Assembly (NCBI GenBank): GCA_964016885.1
Contig: OZ024741.1
Span: forward strand, 396,242,001-396,306,000
DNA length: 64,000 bases
DNA from: Eledone cirrhosa
Lineage: Eukaryota
Reading direction: 5' to 3'
The notes beneath the pieces were generated by a model. It had not been told where the DNA came from and did not search any database. It saw only the letters and a program-made list of their open reading frames with translations. This document shows, in pieces, positions 59,101-64,000 of this stretch; the stretch's first letter is position 1; each line of letters begins with the position of its first letter. The position numbers were made by a program, and so were the translations under genes.

Positions 59101-60420
59101 TCAAATTCCTTCAATCAGTCACACCACAAGAGTCAAAGTGCATCAATCAGTCACACCACAAGGGTCAAAGTGCATCGATCAGCCACACCACAAGGGTCAA
59201 AGTACATCAATCAGTCACACCACAAGAGTCAAAGTGCATCAATCAGTTACACCACAAGAGTCAAAGTGCATCAATCAGTCACACCACAAGGGTCAAAGTG
59301 CATCAATCAGTTACACCACAAGAGTCAATGTGCATCAATCAGTTACACCACAAGAGTCAAAGTGCATCAATCAGACACACCACAAGGGTCAAAGTGCATC
59401 AATCAGTTACACCACAAGAGTCAAAGTGCATCAATCAGTTACACCACAAGAGTCAAAGTGCATCAATCAGTCACACCACAAGAGTCAAAGTGCATCAATC
59501 AGTCACACCACAAGGGTCAAAGTGTTTCAATCAGTCACACCACAAGGGTCAAAGTGCATCAATCAGTCACACCACAAGGGTCAAAGTATTTCAATCAGTC
59601 ACACCACAAGGGTCAAAGTGCATCAATCAGTCACACCACAAGAGTGAAAGTGCATCAATCAGTCACACCAGAAGGGTCAAAGTGCATCAATCAGTCACAC
59701 CACAAGGGTCAAATTCCTTCAATCAGTCACACCACAAGGGTCAAAGTGCATCAATCAGTCACATCACAAGGGTCAAATTCCTTCAATCAGTCACACCACA
59801 AGGGTCAAAGTGCATCAATCAGTCACACCACAAGAGTCAAAGTGCTTCAATCAGTCACACCACAAGGGTCAAATTCCTTCAATCAGTCACACCACAAGGG
59901 TCAAAGTGCATCAATCAGTCACACCACAAGAGTCAAAGTGCATCAATCAGTCACACCACAAGGGTCAAAGTGCATCAATCAGCCACACCACAAGGGTCAA
60001 AGTGCATCAATCAGTCACACCACAAGAGTCAAAGTGCATCAATCAGTCACACCACAAGAGTCAAAGTGCATCAATCAGTGACACCACAAGGGTCAAAGTG
60101 CTTCAATCAGTCACACCACAAGAGTCAAAGTGCATCAATCAGTCACACCACATGGGTCAAAGTGCTTCAATCAGTCACACCACAAGGGTGAAAGGGCATC
60201 AATTGGTCACACCACAAGAGTCAAAGTGCATCAATCAGTCACACCACAAGGGTCAAAGTGCATCAATCAGTCACACCACAAGGGTCAAAGTGCTTCAATC
60301 AGTCACACCACAAGGGTCAAAGTGCATCAATCAGTAACACCACAAGAGTCAAAGAGCATCAATCAGTCACACCACAAGGGTCAACGTGCATCAATCAGTC
60401 ACACCACAAGGGTCAAAGAG
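50190..60420 (+). repeat. HOR domain 6: more heterogeneous, shuffled ~2.1-2.6-kb units
   Basis: GGTTAAAG at 51731, 54131 and 56212 (offsets 2400 and 2081). AAGAATC at ~52336, 54704, 55056 and 56785. GATCAGCCACAGCAC at ~52161, 54561 and 56610. Several singleton indels. Confidence 0.75.
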
Positions 60421-60421
60421 C

Positions 60422-63400
60422 ATCAATCAGTCACACCACAAGGGTCAAAGTGCATCAATCAGTCACACCACAAGGGTCAAAGTGCATCAATCAGCCACAC
60501 CACAAGGGTCAAAGTGCATCAATCAGTCACACCAAAAGAGTCAAAGTGCATCAATCAGCCACACCACAAGAGTCAAAGTGCATCAATCAGTTACACCACA
60601 AGAGTCAAAGTGCATCAATCAGTCACACCACAAGAGTCAAAGTGCATCGATCAGTCACACCACAAGAGTCAAAGTGCATCAATCAGTTACACCACAAGAG
60701 TCAAAGTGCATCAATCAGTCACACCACAAGGGTCAAAGTGCATCAATCAACCACACCACAAGGGTCAAAGTACATCAATCAGTCACACCACAAGAGTCAA
60801 AGTGCATCAATCAGTCACACCACAAGGGTCAAAGTGCATCAATCAGTTACAGCACAAGAGTCAAAGTGCATCAATCAGTCACACCACAAGGGTCAAAGTG
60901 CATCAATCAGCCACACCACAAGGGTCAAAGTGCATCAATCAGTCACACCACAAGAGTCAAAGTGCATCAATCAGTTACACCACAAGAGTCAAAGTGCATC
61001 AATCAGTCACACCACAAGGGTCAAAGTGCATCAATCAACCACACCACAAGGGTCAAAGTACATCAATCAGTCACACCACAAGGGTCAAATTCCTTCAATC
61101 AGTCACACCACAAGGGTCAAAGTGCATCAATCAGTCACAGCACAAGAGTCAAAGTGCATCAATCAGTCACACCACAAGGGTCAAAGTGCATCAATCAGCC
61201 ACACCACAAGGGTCAAAGTGCATCAATCAGTCACACCACAAGAGTCAAAGTGCATCAATCAGTCACACCACAAGGGTCAAAGTGCATCAATCAGTCACAC
61301 CTCAAGGGTCAAAGTGCATCAATCAGTCACACCACAAGAGTCAAAATGCATCAATCAGTCACACCACAAGAGTCAAAGTGCATCAATCAGTCATACCACA
61401 AGGGTCAAATTCCTTCAATCAGTCACACCACAAGGGTCAAAGTGCATCAATCAGTCACACCACAAGGGTCAAAGTGCATCAATCAGTCACACCACAAGAG
61501 TCAAATTGCTTCAATCAGTCACACCACAAGGGTCAAATTCCTTCAATCAGTCACACCACAAGGGTCAAAGTGCATCAATCAGTCACACCACAAGGGTCAA
61601 AATGCATCAATCAGTCACACCACAAGGGTCAAAGTCCTTCAATCAGTCACACCACAAGGGTCAAAGTGCATCAATCAGTCACACCACAAGGGTCAAACTG
61701 CATCAATCAGTCACACCACAAGGGTCAAAGTGCATCAATCAGTCACACCACAAGGGTCAAAGTGCATCAATCAGTCACACCACAAGGGTCAAAGTGTTTC
61801 AATCAGTCACACCACAAGGGTCAAAGTACATCAATCAGTCACACCACAAGGGTCAAAGTGCATCAATCAGTCACACCACAAGAGTCAAAGTGCATCAATC
61901 AGTCACACCACAAGGGTCAAAGTGCATCAATCAGTCACACCACAAGGGTCAAAGTGCATCAATCAGTCACACCACAAGAGTCAAAGTGCATCAATCAGTC
62001 ACACCACAAGGGTCAAATTCCTTCAATCAGTCACACCACAAGAGTCAAAGTGCATCAATCAGTCACACCACAAGGGTCAAAGTGCATCAATCAGTTACAC
62101 CACAAGCGTCAAAGTGCATCAATCAGTCACACCACAAGGGTCAAATTCCTTCAATCAGTCACACAACAAGGGTCAAAGTGCATCAATCAGTCACACCACA
62201 AGAGTCAAAGTGCATCAATCAGTCACACAACAAGGGTCAAAGTGCATCAATCAGCCACACCACAAGGGTCAAAGTGCATCAATCAGTTACACCACAAGGG
62301 TCAAAGTGCATCAATAAGTCACACCACAAGAGTCAAAGTGCATCAATCAGTCACACCACAAGGGTCAAAGTGCATCAATCAGTCACACCACAAGGGTCAA
62401 AGTGCATCAATCAGTCACACCACAAGGGTCAAAGTGCATCAATCAGTCACACCACAAGGGTCAAAGTGCATCAATCAGTCACACCACAAGGGTCGAAGTG
62501 CATCAATCAGTCACACCACAAGGGTCAAATTCCTTCATTCAGTCACACCACAAGGGTCAAAGTGCATCAATCAGTCACACCACAAGTGTCAAAGTGCATC
62601 AATCAGACACACCACAAGGGTCAAAGTGCATCAATCAGTCACACCACAAGGGTCAAAGTGCATCACAGTCACACCACATGGGTCAAAGTGCATCAATCAG
62701 TCACACCACAAGAGTCAAAGTGCATCAATCAGTCACACCACAAGAGTCAAAGTGCATCAATCAGCCACACCACAAGGGTCAAAGTGCATCAATCAGTCAC
62801 ACCACAAGGGTCAAAGTGCATCAATCAGTCAGACCACAAGGGTCAAAGTGGATCAATCAGTCACACCACAAGGGTCAAAGTGCATCAATCAGTCACACCA
62901 CAAGGGTCAAAGTGCATCAATCAGTCACACCACAATAGTCAAAGTGCATCAATCAGTCACACCACAAGAGTCAAAGTGCATCAATCAGTCACACCACAAG
63001 GGTCAAATTCCTTCAATCAGTCACACCACAAGGGTCAAAGTGCATCAATCAGTCACACCACAAGAGTTAAAGTGCATCAATCAGTCACACCACAAGAGTC
63101 AAAGTGCATCAATCAGTCACACCACAAGGGTCAAAGTGCATCAATCAGCCACACCACAAGGGTCAAAGTGCATCAATCAGTCACACCACAAGAGTCAAAG
63201 TGCATCAATCAGTCACACCACAAGAGTCAAAGTGCATCAATCAGTCACACCACAAGGGTCAACGTGCATCAATCAGTATCACGACAAGAGTCAAAGAGCA
63301 TCAATCAGTCACACCACAAGGGTCAACGTGCATCAATCAGTCACACCACAAGGTTCAAAGTGCATCAATCAGTCACACCACAAGGGTCAAAGTGCATCAA

Positions 63401-64000
63401 TCAGTAACACCACAAGAGTCAAAGAGCATCAATCAGTCACACCACAAGGGTCAAAGTGCATCAATCAGTCACACCACAAGGGTCAAATTCCTTCAATCAG
63501 TCACACCACAAGGGTCAAAGTGCATCAATCAGTCACACCACAAGAGTCAAAGTGCATCAATCAGTCACACAACAAGGGTCAAAGTGCATCAATCAGCCAC
63601 ACCACAAGGGTCAAAGTGCATCAATCAGTCACACCACAAGGGTCAAAGTGCATCAATAAGTCACACCACAAGAGTCAAAGTGTATCAATCAGTCACACCA
63701 CAAGGGTCAAAGTGCATCAATCAGTCACACCACAAGGGTCAAAGTGCATCAATCAGTCACACCACAAGGGTCAAAGTGCATCAATCAGTCACACCACAAG
63801 GGTCAAAGTGCATCAATCAGTCACACCACAAGGGTCGAAGTGCATCAATCAGTCACACCACAAGGGTCAAATTCCTTCATTCAGTCACACCACAAGGGTC
63901 AAAGTGCATCAATCAGTCACACCACAAGTGTCAAAGTGCATCAATCAGACACACCACAAGGGTCAAAGTGCATCAATCAGTCACACCACAAGGGTCAAAG
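60422..64000 (+). repeat. Non-adjacent near-identical copy of ~45125-48703 (offset 15,297 bp), truncated by the window end
   Basis: ORF coordinates 47020/62317, 47105/62402, 48110/63407 and 48159/63456 are all offset by 15297. The private variant CAAGCGTC has its variant C at 46810 and 62107. Confidence 0.88.

Larger units (their letters stand above)
1..64000 (+). repeat. 32-bp tandem satellite/minisatellite array, consensus GTGCATCAATCAGTCACACCACAAGGGTCAAA, ~2,000 monomers, running off both window edges
   Basis: Seen directly. A consensus monomer lies at 60-91 and the same 32-bp period continues in one orientation from base 1 to 64000. Most monomers differ by 0-3 substitutions. Common variants: AAGGG/AAGAG, AGTCAC/AGTTAC/AGCCAC, GTGCATC/TTCCTTC/GTGTTTC, ATCAAT/ATCGAT. 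Rare 30-36-bp indel monomers occur. Monomer composition A12 C9 G6 T5. Confidence 0.99.

Noticed and set aside
28-63659. About 130 long + strand ORFs as protein-coding genes (mucin-like, His-rich or zinc-finger-like)
   Set aside because: They overlap in all three frames with the same peptide, the DNA period (32) is not a multiple of 3, there is no unique N- or C-terminal domain or signal peptide, starts are mostly GTG from the repeat itself, and stops are scattered in all frames. One Cys per 32 aa does not fit the C2H2 CxxC...HxxxH pattern.
1-64000. CRISPR array (32-bp repeat length is CRISPR-like)
   Set aside because: Repeats are directly adjacent with no unique spacers, and there is no leader or cas gene.
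1-64000. Embedded transposon, unique island, inversion, tRNA/rRNA or other RNA gene
   Set aside because: Reading through the window I found no departure from the monomer beyond a few bases and no reverse-complement monomers. The ORF track has no non-repeat peptide and no - strand ORF.
1-64000. G-quadruplex/i-motif array
   Set aside because: Only one GGG per 32 bp with 29-nt spacing, and it is often mutated to GAG.
1-64000. RIP-like or deaminase-driven C>T signature at CpA (GTCA>GTTA, CACCAC>CACTAC)
   Set aside because: Eight of nine Cs in the monomer are in CpA, so the context is uninformative. Transversions are also common, and recurrences reflect block duplication rather than independent mutation.
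1-64000. Variant order as a programmed code or diversity-generating cassette system
   Set aside because: The variant order is explained by nested in-register duplications. There is no recombinase, reverse transcriptase or expression site in the window.
1-64000. Pure assembly artefact or synthetic concatemer
   Set aside because: Copy-specific variants are inherited hierarchically and indel arithmetic is consistent across offsets, as expected for a naturally evolved array. Exact copy numbers of the near-identical blocks still need read confirmation.

Overview
The whole 64-kb window is one uninterrupted, head-to-tail tandem array (satellite/minisatellite DNA) of a 32-bp monomer, consensus GTGCATCAATCAGTCACACCACAAG(G/A)GTCAAA (about 2,000 copies, about 47% GC, A+C-rich on the + strand). 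I see no unique sequence, inversion, gene, RNA gene, transposon or CRISPR spacer. The long + strand ORFs are a by-product of the repeat: the consensus has no TAA/TAG/TGA on +, and because 32 is not a multiple of 3 all three frames give the same 32-aa peptide per 96 bp. The real information is in the pattern of variant monomers. These reveal a nested, variable-length higher-order repeat (HOR): a 1.5-3.5-kb super-unit, local tandem duplications (offsets 128, 352, 447/543, 1342, 1536, 2622, 2845-2942, 3039, 4479/4543, 5050 and 6108 bp), domain-private marker variants, and one non-adjacent copy 15,297 bp away. Every offset I checked equals a whole number of monomers once the visible indels are counted. 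More speculative points: the monomer is largely tiled by motifs resembling metazoan TF sites (HNF4-type DR1, PBX, RUNX), and its GT-rich strand resembles long budding-yeast telomere repeats. The organism cannot be identified from this window. Block boundaries were estimated by eye and are approximate to within a few monomers.
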